A stretch of DNA of 64,000 nucleotides from Brevinematia bacterium (GCA_049968515.1 JBMFQR010000003.1:6477-70476), one strand, 5' to 3'. Counted from the stretch's first letter, positions 48,276 through 59,350 are shown. The notes: generated from the sequence alone by a model not told the origin. Numbers and translations: made by a program.

Positions 48276-49802
48276 TTATTTCTTCTTTTGTTCCTGTTGC
48301 TTCTGTTTCTGGGCTTTTCTAAACTTATCAATATAACCTCTTTCCATTGAGATCAATGCTCTTATAGCACTATCATTGAAAGTTATTCTGTATTTCTGCT
48401 CAAGCTCTTTATCCCATTCTGCTTTAATTGCTTGAACATTTGAAGATGCAATCTGATTTAGAATATTACTTTTCACATCTTCAAACTTTGAAACGATTTT
48501 TTTCCCTTTCTCTTCTTTTGTAAACTTTTGCTTATTGTTGTTGTAAAAGCTTCTTAAATCTTTTTCAGTTATCTGAGATTTTACTTTCTCAAGAAGCTCA
48601 TTATCATAACTCTGCGTCACAAGATTTTTTGTATATCTATCAAGATTGTCTTTATAGTCTTTTTCAAATTCTTTAGTCTTTTCATAATTCTGACTTTTTG
48701 CTATATCTCTAAAGTAAAGAAACCTTTTCAGATTTCCCATCTGCTCTTCAAACGAATTTATGTCAAGCTTTTCCAAAAACATAGGAACGTAAAAAGAGAT
48801 AACTTCCTTGCATTCTCCCCATGTATATGTCTTCCCATAAACACTTAAAATCTTTGCCTCATCAGGTATGCCCTTCACATCATAGTTTTTTCCTTCCGTT
48901 GTAATTTTTTTATTCGCAACATCTAATGTAAACAATTCCTTCACATTTTTCTGTTGATCTGCATCCTGAAATCTAAAGGCTAATGTCCTTTCAAGTCTTT
49001 GATATGTATTTCCTGGAATCTTTGATTTTATCTCAGAAAGAGTCCTTTCTTTTGCAGGGTCAGTTACATATACAACATGAAAACCATATGTCGTTTTTAC
49101 AGGTTCGCTAATAACTCCAGCTTTTTTAGCAGAGAAAACAGCATCTTCAAACTCCTTAATCATTGTTCCCTCTGTAAAGTAACCAAGATCACCACCATTT
49201 GCTGCACTGCCCGGATCCTTTGAAACCTCTTTTGCAGTCTTGGCAAATTCTTTTGCAACATTCTTTGAGCTCTTCAGACTCTCGATAATGTTCTTTGCCT
49301 TCGTTTCTGCTTCCTTCATTTCCTGTTCAAACTCATCGGCTGATTTCTCTACCTGCTTATTGCTAACCTCTTTATATCTTGGCACAAGTAACAAAATGTG
49401 TGAGGCCCTTGCAACTTTATACCTGGCCCCCTTACTCTTTTCCATTATCAGACTCTGCCCCTTTCTAATCAAAGCACCATCATAAATATTTCTTTTTAGC
49501 CTCTCATAATCCTTTTTAAAGTTATCATTATTGGTTATTCCCTTCTCAATAAGATCGGCATATCTCATTTCAGACATCAGATATCTGTACTTTATTACAT
49601 CTTTGTACCAGCCGAGATCCTTATCCACCAAACTCTGGTCATACAGGGCATAATTTAAAAACTCATTCTTGATGTCTTTAAGCTTTAAAGTAAAATTTGA
49701 CTTCCCGAGTTTGCATTCTGCGACAACTTTCTCATCCTTAGAACAGGAAAGTACAAAAATAAAAGTAAAAGCTACCACGACTAATATTGAATACTTCCTC
49801 AT
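48276..49802 (-). CDS. Parvulin-type peptidyl-prolyl isomerase lipoprotein (PrsA/SurA-like)
   Basis: ATG at 49802 lies 5 nt after AGGAG. Lipobox FVLSCS. The parvulin core is ASHILLL...GGDLGYFTEGTMIKEFEDAVF...GFHVVYV. Confidence 0.8.
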   Translation of the reverse strand: MRKYSILVVVAFTFIFVLSCSKDEKVVAECKLGKSNFTLKLKDIKNEFLNYALYDQSLVDKDLGWYKDVIKYRYLMSEMRYADLIEKGITNNDNFKKDYERLKRNIYDGALIRKGQSLIMEKSKGARYKVARASHILLLVPRYKEVSNKQVEKSADEFEQEMKEAETKAKNIIESLKSSKNVAKEFAKTAKEVSKDPGSAANGGDLGYFTEGTMIKEFEDAVFSAKKAGVISEPVKTTYGFHVVYVTDPAKERTLSEIKSKIPGNTYQRLERTLAFRFQDADQQKNVKELFTLDVANKKITTEGKNYDVKGIPDEAKILSVYGKTYTWGECKEVISFYVPMFLEKLDINSFEEQMGNLKRFLYFRDIAKSQNYEKTKEFEKDYKDNLDRYTKNLVTQSYDNELLEKVKSQITEKDLRSFYNNNKQKFTKEEKGKKIVSKFEDVKSNILNQIASSNVQAIKAEWDKELEQKYRITFNDSAIRALISMERGYIDKFRKAQKQKQQEQKKK

Positions 49803-49949
49803 AATTTCTCCTTTAAGCATATTTTTACCTATTTATCTTAACTGAACAGAAAAAAATTATCAAATTTCAGAAAGTTTATTCAATCTCTTTGATAATAAAA
49901 TATCCTGTCAACAAAATCGCATCTGTCAGAATAAAAAGAGGTGTCCCTA

Positions 49950-51455
49950 TCAATAGGCCGGAATTATTAAAGAGAATTTTGTTCCCTCTCCATACTCACT
50001 CTGGAAACTGATATTCCCTCCATAGCTATGGACAAGATTCTTTACCATATAGAGACCAAGCCCAGCTCCTTTTTGATTAAGTGATGGTGCATACTGACCT
50101 CTATAGAATTGCTCGAATATCTTTTCTTTCTCTTCTTCTTTAATCCCCTCACCCGTGTCTATTATTTCAAATTTATACCTTTCGCCATTAAAGTTCACCT
50201 TTATTGTCACCATTCCTTCTGGTTTATTATAGAAGATTGCGTTTGAAATCAATTCATCAAGCATTGTTTTAAATAATGTATAATTTCCTTGTATCTTTTC
50301 AGCATCATCAGATATAGATATTGAGATATTGAGTTTTTTGGCTTCAATTTCCTCTTTGTAATTCTCAATTATTTTATTGATTAAACCTTTAAGGTCAATG
50401 TCGTCCTTAAACAATTCATCAGTAGAGGTCTCAAGAGAAACAAAATTTACTACCTTATTTACAAAATGCAAAAGTTTTTCAACCCTCAGAATCAATGCAG
50501 AAAGTATTTTATTTCTCAACTCGAGGGGAAGATTGCCACCCTTATATAGTGATTTTAGTTCGTCAATTATATGATTTAAAGGAGAGGTCATATACTCAGT
50601 CATCTTGTTGATAAATTCATTCTTAACATTTATAAGCTTGATAAGATTTCTGTTCTGTCTTTTGATTTCAGAATATAGTATTGAATTATAAAGGGAAATC
50701 GAAGCCTGTGAACAGAATATTTCACCTATTGCAAAGTCTGACTCTGAAAATGTATCAGTTTCTGAAATCATATCCACATATACTATACCAAGAAGCTTAT
50801 CTTTGTGCATAAGTGGAATAGACATAAATGAAATCTTTTTCTCAGTTTCTCCATTCAATGGATGGTTTATTACCAGGTTGCTCTCCTTTGTTCTGGCAGT
50901 CTCATAAATACTATTATACGAAAATTCAAAATAATCCTTTTTTAATTCATCTTGAGTAAAATTTAAAAAAATTGTGGGAATCAGTCTATTTGACTTTCTT
51001 AAAAAAATAACCCCTCTCTCTGCCCTCACAGAATCTATAAGATATTTTAATATCTTGTGAAGAAGAATATCGGTATTTAAGATGAAGCTTAGATTCTTAT
51101 TAATTTCAAGAATTCTTCTTATCACATTTTCCTTGTGTAATAATTCCTCATAAGAAAGCTGGCTTACTGCTTCCTGTGCCTTTAGCAACTTCTCTGTCTC
51201 AAGCTTTTCTGTCATACTTAATTCTTCAATGTTCTCATATGCCTGAATGGTTTTATCTGCATCCATTTTTTCATTAAGAATTATCTCCTGCAGAGACTCA
51301 TAGGCTTTAACTGTTTTATCAGCCTCCAAAAGCTCCTGATTGAATGCATCAGTCAGTCTATTGTAAGCTTCTGCGATTTTTTCAAGATGTTCTATCTTCT
51401 CATCCTTTTCCTTAAGCAGCTTCTCAAGTTCCTTGACCTTCTTAACGTAATCCAT
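49950..51455 (-). CDS. GAF-domain histidine-kinase homologue lacking the phospho-acceptor His (Glu at that position)
   Basis: 501 aa. Coiled-coil repeats, a GAF domain, a DHp-like helix EFINKMTEYMTSPLNHI (compare F...SHELRTPL..I), and an intact HATPase domain (NAIFYN, DTGEGI, GAGLGLYMV). Confidence 0.8.
   Translation of the reverse strand: MDYVKKVKELEKLLKEKDEKIEHLEKIAEAYNRLTDAFNQELLEADKTVKAYESLQEIILNEKMDADKTIQAYENIEELSMTEKLETEKLLKAQEAVSQLSYEELLHKENVIRRILEINKNLSFILNTDILLHKILKYLIDSVRAERGVIFLRKSNRLIPTIFLNFTQDELKKDYFEFSYNSIYETARTKESNLVINHPLNGETEKKISFMSIPLMHKDKLLGIVYVDMISETDTFSESDFAIGEIFCSQASISLYNSILYSEIKRQNRNLIKLINVKNEFINKMTEYMTSPLNHIIDELKSLYKGGNLPLELRNKILSALILRVEKLLHFVNKVVNFVSLETSTDELFKDDIDLKGLINKIIENYKEEIEAKKLNISISISDDAEKIQGNYTLFKTMLDELISNAIFYNKPEGMVTIKVNFNGERYKFEIIDTGEGIKEEEKEKIFEQFYRGQYAPSLNQKGAGLGLYMVKNLVHSYGGNISFQSEYGEGTKFSLIIPAY
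51138..51389 (-). repeat. Four tandem in-frame coding repeats of about 21 aa (63 nt) in the N-terminus of the kinase homologue
   Basis: EKIAEAYNRLTDAFNQELL / EADKTVKAYESLQEIILNEKM / DADKTIQAYENIEELSMTEKL / ETEKLLKAQEAVSQLSYEELL share the pattern ..K....AY..L......E. Confidence 0.5.
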
Positions 51456-51510
51456 TCTTAACCTCTTTAGATTAACTTATCGGATATTAATATTTACAAA
51501 ATTGAATTTT

Positions 51511-52470
51511 TCAATAATTTATACAGCTTAAAAAATGATCTTTTTTTACTTCTTTGAGTTCAGGTGAAATATTTATGCATTCTTTTTTTCTTTCAGGACA
51601 AATATTGAAAAACCTGCACCCCTTCTGAACAGGATTTTCAGCCTCTGTAATGTTGTCACCAAGATTTTTTCTCTTCAAAGGATCTAAAGAAAGTATGGAG
51701 GAAAACAAAAGTCTAGTGTATGGATGAATAGGATTTGAAAACAATTCCTCTGTTTTTGCCAGTTCAACTATTCTACCAGCATACATAACAGCAATTCTTT
51801 CAGAAATTGTCTTCACAACGGCAAGATCGTGGGCTATAAACAGATATGAAAGCTTTAATGTCTTTTTCAACTCAATCAAAAGTGAGATTATCTGTGCCTG
51901 TATTGAAACATCGAGAGAAGATACAGCCTCATCGCATATTAAAAGCTCAGGATTCAATGAAATGGCTCTTGCTATAGCAATTCTTTGTTTCTGCCCTCCT
52001 GAAAATTCATGGGGATAGCTGTATAATGAAGTCTCTGAAATACCCACCCTACTCAACAGCTCTGTTACATATCGCTCAGCCTCTCTTTTTGATCTGACAA
52101 TCCCATGTATCAAAACACCTTCTGAAATTATATCAAATATGGTCTTTCTCGGATTAAGTGAGCTATTGGGATCCTGAAAGACAATCTGGACCTTTCTTCT
52201 CAATGGAAAAAGTTTCTTATTCGATAAATGCGTAATATCAACATCATCAAGTAGAATTTTGCCTTCATCAGGCTCAATAAGTCTCAATATGCAGCGAGCA
52301 AGTGTAGTCTTTCCACATCCAGACTCTCCTACAAGCCCCAGTGTTTCGTCCTTCTTTATTGAAAATGACACTCCATCAATTGCTTTATTATAAAGCTTAC
52401 TTTCTCCAAATATCCCTTTACGAAGAGGGAAATACTTTTTCAAGTCTATAACTTCAAGAATATTATCCAT
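51511..52470 (-). CDS. ABC peptide transporter ATP-binding protein (OppF/DppF-like)
   Basis: ATG at 52470 follows GGGAGA. Motifs are GESGCGKTT, FSGGQKQR, LLICDEAVSSLD, IAHDL and a C-terminal oligopeptide-type Cys motif. Confidence 0.85.
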   Translation of the reverse strand: MDNILEVIDLKKYFPLRKGIFGESKLYNKAIDGVSFSIKKDETLGLVGESGCGKTTLARCILRLIEPDEGKILLDDVDITHLSNKKLFPLRRKVQIVFQDPNSSLNPRKTIFDIISEGVLIHGIVRSKREAERYVTELLSRVGISETSLYSYPHEFSGGQKQRIAIARAISLNPELLICDEAVSSLDVSIQAQIISLLIELKKTLKLSYLFIAHDLAVVKTISERIAVMYAGRIVELAKTEELFSNPIHPYTRLLFSSILSLDPLKRKNLGDNITEAENPVQKGCRFFNICPERKKECINISPELKEVKKDHFLSCINY

Positions 52471-53467
52471 TGCGTTCTCCCGATTTATCATATAACCAGC
52501 AGGCTACAAAATGGGATTTTTCTATTTCGTTAAATGGGGGTTCTTCAACCTCACAGACTTTCATCTTCTTTTCACATCTTGTATGAAATGGACATCCTGA
52601 TGGGATACTTGAAGGTTCTGGAGGTATTCCGGGAATACTTTTAAGTTTTGAACCTTTCTGAAGAGAGGGAACAGACTCAAGCAAGCCTTTTGTGTAGGGA
52701 TGAAGTGGCTGTCTGAACAAATCCACAACATTAGCATATTCTACCTCTTTGCCCGCATAAATTATAAGCACATTCTGGGCTATCTGTGCAACAATACCAA
52801 GATTGTGAGTTATAAAGATCATGCTTAACCCATATTCTTCTTTAAGCCTCTGTATGAGCCCGAGAACCTGTGCCTGAATTGTCACGTCAAGTGAGGTTGT
52901 TGGTTCATCTGCAATCAAAAGCTCCGGTTTTAATATTATTGCCATTGCAATCATGGCACGCTGTCGCATCCCGCCTGATAGCTCATGAGGAAAAAGCTCA
53001 TACTGCTGAACAGGATGCTTGAATCCGACATGCTTAAGAATTTCGTAAACCATCTCCTTTGCAATTTTCATATCTGTATCAGTATGAAGCTTTATAACCT
53101 CAAGTATCTGATCTCCTATCTTTTCAACTGGATTAAAACTTGTCAATGGTTCCTGAAATATTATTGCTATTTCCTTTCCCCTTATATCATACATTCTTTT
53201 AATGTCAGTTGATAATAAATCCACATCCTTCCAGAATATTTTTCCATTGATTTCAAAGGGAGGAACCGGTAAAAGCCTCATTATGGAAAGAGCTGTTATA
53301 CTCTTTCCACACCCTGACTCTCCTACTATACATAGAGTTTCGTTTCTGAAGAGATTGAAAGAGAGATTTCTTACGATTGATAGATTTTTTTTATTTTCTT
53401 TAAGGTTTATTTTGAGATTTTCTACCTTGAGAAGAAATTTGTTCTCCATAGCATCCCTTATATTCAA
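52463..53467 (-). CDS. ABC peptide transporter ATP-binding protein (OppD/DppD-like)
   Basis: 334 aa. Motifs are GESGCGKS, LSGGMRQR, LLIADEPTTSLD and ITHNLG. The start may instead be the Met 6 codons downstream. Confidence 0.85.
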   Translation of the reverse strand: MNIRDAMENKFLLKVENLKINLKENKKNLSIVRNLSFNLFRNETLCIVGESGCGKSITALSIMRLLPVPPFEINGKIFWKDVDLLSTDIKRMYDIRGKEIAIIFQEPLTSFNPVEKIGDQILEVIKLHTDTDMKIAKEMVYEILKHVGFKHPVQQYELFPHELSGGMRQRAMIAMAIILKPELLIADEPTTSLDVTIQAQVLGLIQRLKEEYGLSMIFITHNLGIVAQIAQNVLIIYAGKEVEYANVVDLFRQPLHPYTKGLLESVPSLQKGSKLKSIPGIPPEPSSIPSGCPFHTRCEKKMKVCEVEEPPFNEIEKSHFVACWLYDKSGERNG

Positions 53468-53563
53468 TGGTTAGACTATCCTTATCAAACAGCCCGATTA
53501 TTAATATTATAAATTGCCGGTTAATTTTTTACAAATATCATCCCGAAATCCTCACTAAATATC

Positions 53564-55234
53564 TTACCATTCTCCTTCAAGGTAAAGTGAAAATCTATGC
53601 TCGTTTCTTGGCATAAGATTTTCAATCCTTCTTCTGTCATAACTATATCCTGCTCCAAGGGCAAATAAGCCAGCTATCTTTAACTCGGAAAACACTGCAT
53701 ATTCACTTCCAATTCCATAGTAAGAATTTATAGAGAAATCACCCCTGAAAAAATCCTCTTCTGTGTAATACAGGTCTGAATAGTAGCTTTTTGCCTTATA
53801 AAAAATTACCCTTCCTTTAAGTTTCAAAAAATCGGTCAAGTATAATCTGAGCCTTGATAAAAACATATTTCCCATTTCTTCTCTGTCAAATTCAAGAAGA
53901 TTCTGATATCTTAATTCTAAGATTATTCTGTCCCTCAAAATGCCAGCATCTATATATGCAAAGCTTCTTAAATTTCTTGTCCTTAATATATCGGAGTAGC
54001 GAGATTTAAGTTCAATAGAAAGTGTAGAAAATAATGGATTATCAATATCAATGCCAGCTCTGATTTCATACTTTTGGTAAGTCTTTTCGTTTGTGGAATG
54101 TATATATAAATTTAGATATAGCTGTATAAAAAAGCTTTCAAACTCATACCTTATTCCAGCAAAGAAACCAGCAACATCTTTTTTGTAATCAATTATCTTC
54201 TGTCCATTTATTGAATTAAAATTGCTTTCTGAATAATAAATTAGTGTTGAAATTCTTATTGTTTTAGAACCAGCCATAATACCCTGCAGTGTAGAAAATC
54301 CATCAGAGAAAGAGATTTCTCCATATGGATGAAAAGTCTCACCTTCTATGAAGTCATAAAAAAAGCTAAACTGATTGGTATAAGAGTGTATGTAGTTGTA
54401 AACCACACCAACTTCAAAATTTTCTTTGTATAGCAGAGAAGAGGTAAAATTGATAATTGAGTTGGTTTTTCTTATTATCTGCTCTGCAACCGAAAAAAAA
54501 GGAAAAAGATTATCATTTATCTTTAGATTAAAGGCAAATCCATTAAGATAGTCATAATTTTTATCATTATCAAAATCATCGGTCAAACTCTTATATGAAA
54601 CAATTCCCTTTCCCCTTTTATAGATCGGAGGCTGGTTGATTTTATCTATTGCAGAAATGCTGCTCGTCCCGAAAAGAAGACTTTGACCAAAGGATAGCTG
54701 ATAATGCCCGAAAATTGCCTTAATAAAATCATCCTCATATTTAATGTTATATCTTGTATTTGTAGCATATCCCTCATCAATTATGTTTGAGTAGCTTTTC
54801 ATTCCAAAATAAAGCTGTAGGTTTTTAACAATCATTTCAGACTGAAACGCCTGATAATTTGTGTTGGTATTATTAAGAGTTCTCTGCTTTGTTAGTATTC
54901 TGTAATTAAAATAAATCTCCTTATTTGTTATATACTTAATAGTTATGTATGGTAGTATGTCTTTTATCTCCGCACTTGTAAGGCCAAAATTTGTAAGCTC
55001 ATAGAGAGAGGTAAAATAGTTATTTCTTCTGTATTCTTCAAAAAGAATAATGTTGGTAGGAGTAAGATTTAATACTTCCTGTAAATATTCAATTCTGGTA
55101 GTGTTAATGTCCATTGGATTAACCAGAAGATCCTGATAAAAGATTATCTTTTCTTCATCAGTAATAGAAAAGAGCCTTGTAGAGATGAGAAGGATGAATA
55201 AGAAATAGAGTTTTTTATTCAATCCTTGAAACAT
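53564..55234 (-). CDS. Predicted outer-membrane beta-barrel protein with an N-terminal ComEA-like helix-hairpin-helix module
   Basis: ATG at 55234 with signal peptide MFQGLNKKLYFLFILLISTRLFS. The HhH-like segment is DINTTRIEYLQEVLNLTPTNIILFEEYRRNNYFTSLYELTNFGLTSAEIKDILPYITIK. The remaining ~450 aa form an alternating aromatic/polar pattern ending in ...SLYLEGEW. Confidence 0.65.
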   Translation of the reverse strand: MFQGLNKKLYFLFILLISTRLFSITDEEKIIFYQDLLVNPMDINTTRIEYLQEVLNLTPTNIILFEEYRRNNYFTSLYELTNFGLTSAEIKDILPYITIKYITNKEIYFNYRILTKQRTLNNTNTNYQAFQSEMIVKNLQLYFGMKSYSNIIDEGYATNTRYNIKYEDDFIKAIFGHYQLSFGQSLLFGTSSISAIDKINQPPIYKRGKGIVSYKSLTDDFDNDKNYDYLNGFAFNLKINDNLFPFFSVAEQIIRKTNSIINFTSSLLYKENFEVGVVYNYIHSYTNQFSFFYDFIEGETFHPYGEISFSDGFSTLQGIMAGSKTIRISTLIYYSESNFNSINGQKIIDYKKDVAGFFAGIRYEFESFFIQLYLNLYIHSTNEKTYQKYEIRAGIDIDNPLFSTLSIELKSRYSDILRTRNLRSFAYIDAGILRDRIILELRYQNLLEFDREEMGNMFLSRLRLYLTDFLKLKGRVIFYKAKSYYSDLYYTEEDFFRGDFSINSYYGIGSEYAVFSELKIAGLFALGAGYSYDRRRIENLMPRNEHRFSLYLEGEW

Positions 55235-55955
55235 AAATATCAATTCTTCTGTTGTAGGCCCTGCCTTCAGGAGTAGCATTAGACTCGAGAGGCTCATATT
55301 CACCACGTCCTTCTGCATACATCCTTACCGGATTTATGCCAAGTGCCTCAAAATACCTTACAACAGAAGAAGCTCTTGCTGTCGAAAGCTCCCAGTTTGT
55401 TGGGTAGATTTTTGCCATTTCTGAAGTTTTAGGAATGGGGGTGTTATCAGTATGTCCGACCACCTCAATTTTAACATCATCCCCCGTCTCTTTAAGTAAT
55501 AGCCCAACCTTTCTTAAAACCTCTCTACCTTCCTCAAAGTCAATCTCTGCACTTCCCGGCCTGAAGAACAAATCACTTGAGAGGCTTATCTTGTAACCTT
55601 TTTGTGTTTCCTGAATTCTTACCTTTTTTGCCTTAATTTCTGGAATAAAGAACTGAGCCGCCTTTTGCAAGGCTTTTGCAAGTTTTGCACCTATATCCTG
55701 TGAAGGAAGGCTTTCAACTGTATTGCCAAATTCAGCAAGAGGCCCCTTCGTAAGTGTGTTTCCACCTTCAAGTGCCCCGAGAGAACCTTTAAAAGCAGAG
55801 AGTATTAGCTGCATTTCGGTAGTTGCCGTGTTTTTACTGAGGGTTGCAATAAGCATTATGAAAAATGTTAAAAGAAGACTATTCATATCACCAAAGGTAG
55901 TCATCCATGCTGGTGTACTATAAACAATCTCCTCCCTTTTCTTTTTTCTTGGCAT
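55215..55955 (-). CDS. motB: Flagellar motor stator protein MotB (OmpA-like C-terminal domain)
   Basis: ATG at 55955 lies 1 nt after the motA stop. The TM segment carries the conserved Asp (PAWMTTFGDMNSLLLTFF). OmpA-like motifs are GHTDNTPI, NWELSTARA and NRRIDI. Confidence 0.85.
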   Translation of the reverse strand: MPRKKKREEIVYSTPAWMTTFGDMNSLLLTFFIMLIATLSKNTATTEMQLILSAFKGSLGALEGGNTLTKGPLAEFGNTVESLPSQDIGAKLAKALQKAAQFFIPEIKAKKVRIQETQKGYKISLSSDLFFRPGSAEIDFEEGREVLRKVGLLLKETGDDVKIEVVGHTDNTPIPKTSEMAKIYPTNWELSTARASSVVRYFEALGINPVRMYAEGRGEYEPLESNATPEGRAYNRRIDIYVSRIE

Positions 55956-55956
55956 T

Positions 55957-56733
55957 TTACCTTCCTGTCTCTTCAGGTTTTGGCCTCTGTGAAGGAGCAA
56001 GGAATGAATTCAATTTTTCTCTTAAGATTGTAGGATTATCCCCTGCCTGAATTGAAAGAACCCCTTCGAGAACAATCTCCTTTTGAATAACATCATATTG
56101 ATTCCAGAGATACAGCTTTGCGGCGGATGGCAAGAAGAAATGGTTTGCCATAATTGCACCGTAAAGGGTGGTAATCAAAGCAGTAGCCATATTCTTACCA
56201 ATACTTGACACATCCTGCATACTTCTTAACATAGCTATAAGACCAATCAATGTTCCTATCATTCCCCACGTAGGAGCAAAGTATCCCCAGTCATCAAGAA
56301 TCTTTTTTGCCTGGGCATGTCTCGCCTCCATCTGATCAAGTTCTGAATACATTATGTTTTTTACTATTTCGGGGTCAGTTCCATCAACCACAAGTTGTAA
56401 AGCTCTCTTAAGAAAAGGATCAGGCACCTCTGCAACATCATCCTCAAGAGAAAGAACTCCTTCTCTTCTTGATTTCTCTGCAAATGTTATCAGAGTCTCT
56501 ATTGTAGAAGATGGGTCAAAGGTTTTGTTCTGTAAAACTAGCCCGAATAAGGTCTTGAGCATTTTAATTCTTGCAAATGGAATACATATCATTAATGAGG
56601 AAAACGAACCACCAATGGTAATAAAAACCGATGGGAGATCAAAATAAATAGAGAGATCACCTGTGTTAAGCCAGGCTCCCCACATCCAGAGTATTGTACC
56701 TGCTATCATTCCTATTAATGTACCTTTTTCCAT
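55957..56733 (-). CDS. motA: Flagellar motor stator protein MotA
   Basis: 258 aa, 4 TM, a MotA/TolQ/ExbB channel family core (GMIGTLIGLI), located between flbD and motB. Confidence 0.9.
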   Translation of the reverse strand: MEKGTLIGMIAGTILWMWGAWLNTGDLSIYFDLPSVFITIGGSFSSLMICIPFARIKMLKTLFGLVLQNKTFDPSSTIETLITFAEKSRREGVLSLEDDVAEVPDPFLKRALQLVVDGTDPEIVKNIMYSELDQMEARHAQAKKILDDWGYFAPTWGMIGTLIGLIAMLRSMQDVSSIGKNMATALITTLYGAIMANHFFLPSAAKLYLWNQYDVIQKEIVLEGVLSIQAGDNPTILREKLNSFLAPSQRPKPEETGR

Positions 56734-56737
56734 ATGG

Positions 56738-56947
56738 CTATCTCTCCCTTGATTTTTGTAATGCTGATATAATGGATTGACTTAGGAAATCTATAAACAT
56801 AGATTTAATCTCTAAGGTTTTTTCTTTTACTACCATTCTCCTTCCAGAATTGAAGACAATTACTGTGTCTGGAGTCTCTTCTATTGTTTCAATTAAAAAA
56901 GGATTGACATTTACCTTAGTGTCATTTAATCTTGTAAGTTCTACCAT
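56738..56947 (-). CDS. flbD: Flagellar protein FlbD
   Basis: 69 aa. MVELTRLNDTKVNVNPFLIETIEETPDTVIVFNSGRRMVVKE matches the FlbD family, and it lies directly upstream of motAB as in spirochaetes and Firmicutes. Confidence 0.8.
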   Translation of the reverse strand: MVELTRLNDTKVNVNPFLIETIEETPDTVIVFNSGRRMVVKEKTLEIKSMFIDFLSQSIISALQKSRER

Positions 56948-57075
56948 AATTACCCTTATTAAGTTTTTCGGATATTTTGTAAATGAATTAAGTTTTTGAA
57001 ATTAAAAATCAACAGAGACGAGGTAATCAATGCTAAAACTTTATAAATATCCAAAAATATGCTATTATAAAATAA

Positions 57076-58752
<1,677 letters not shown>

Positions 58753-59301
58753 GTGAGAGAAAAAGAAAAAATGCTTGCTGGAGAACTTTACAACCCTATG
58801 GAAAGAGAGTTAATGAAAGATAGATTAAGAGTAAGAAGATTGTTGTATAGATATAACCATTTTAGACCAACTCAATTCAAAAAAGATTGAAACTATTAAA
58901 GAAGATTATAAAGTTAAAAGGAACTGGGTATATTGAGCCACCATTTTATTGCGATTATGGATATAACATAGAGGCGGAAGGATTTTTATTTGCAAACTTT
59001 GGCTGCATAATTTTAGACGTCAACAGGGTTATAATTGGAAAGAATGTACTGCTTGGTCCCAATGTTCAGATTTATACAGTAAATCATCCTCTTGACCCTG
59101 AGGAAAGAAATAAGATGCTTGAATACGCAAGACCAGTTGTCATAGGAAATAATGTCTGGATTGGTGGAAATACAACAATATGCCCCGGAGTTAAAAATTG
59201 GTAGTAACACCAAAATAGGTGCTGGAAGTGTTGTGGTAAAGGATATACCGGAAGGTGTTCTCGCTGCTGGAAGTCCATGCCGGGTAATAAGAAGTCTGTA
59301 A
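58753..59301 (+). pseudogene. maa: Maltose/galactoside O-acetyltransferase (left-handed beta-helix) disrupted by two frameshifts in A-runs
   Basis: The homology is split over three frames. Segment 1 is (GTG)[22 protein letters not shown], which stops at 58888. Segment 2 is RLKLLKK..GYIEPPFYCDYGYNI..VWIGGNTTICPGVK, which stops at 59202. Segment 3 is IGSNTKIGAGSVVVKDIPEGVLAAGSPCRVIRSL. The shifts occur at A6 (58879..58884) and at the A5 run in gttaaaaattgg (about 59194). Confidence 0.75.
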
Positions 59302-59350
59302 GTTTAATGTATTGCCATAAACAAGATATTAAAAATTAGAGTAGGCTCAC

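Noticed and set aside
55215-56733. MotA/MotB pair as a Zorya-type (ZorAB) defence module
   Set aside because: MotA is the standard size (258 aa, without the long ZorA tail). flbD lies directly upstream, and no ZorC/D-like genes follow. This is a flagellar stator.
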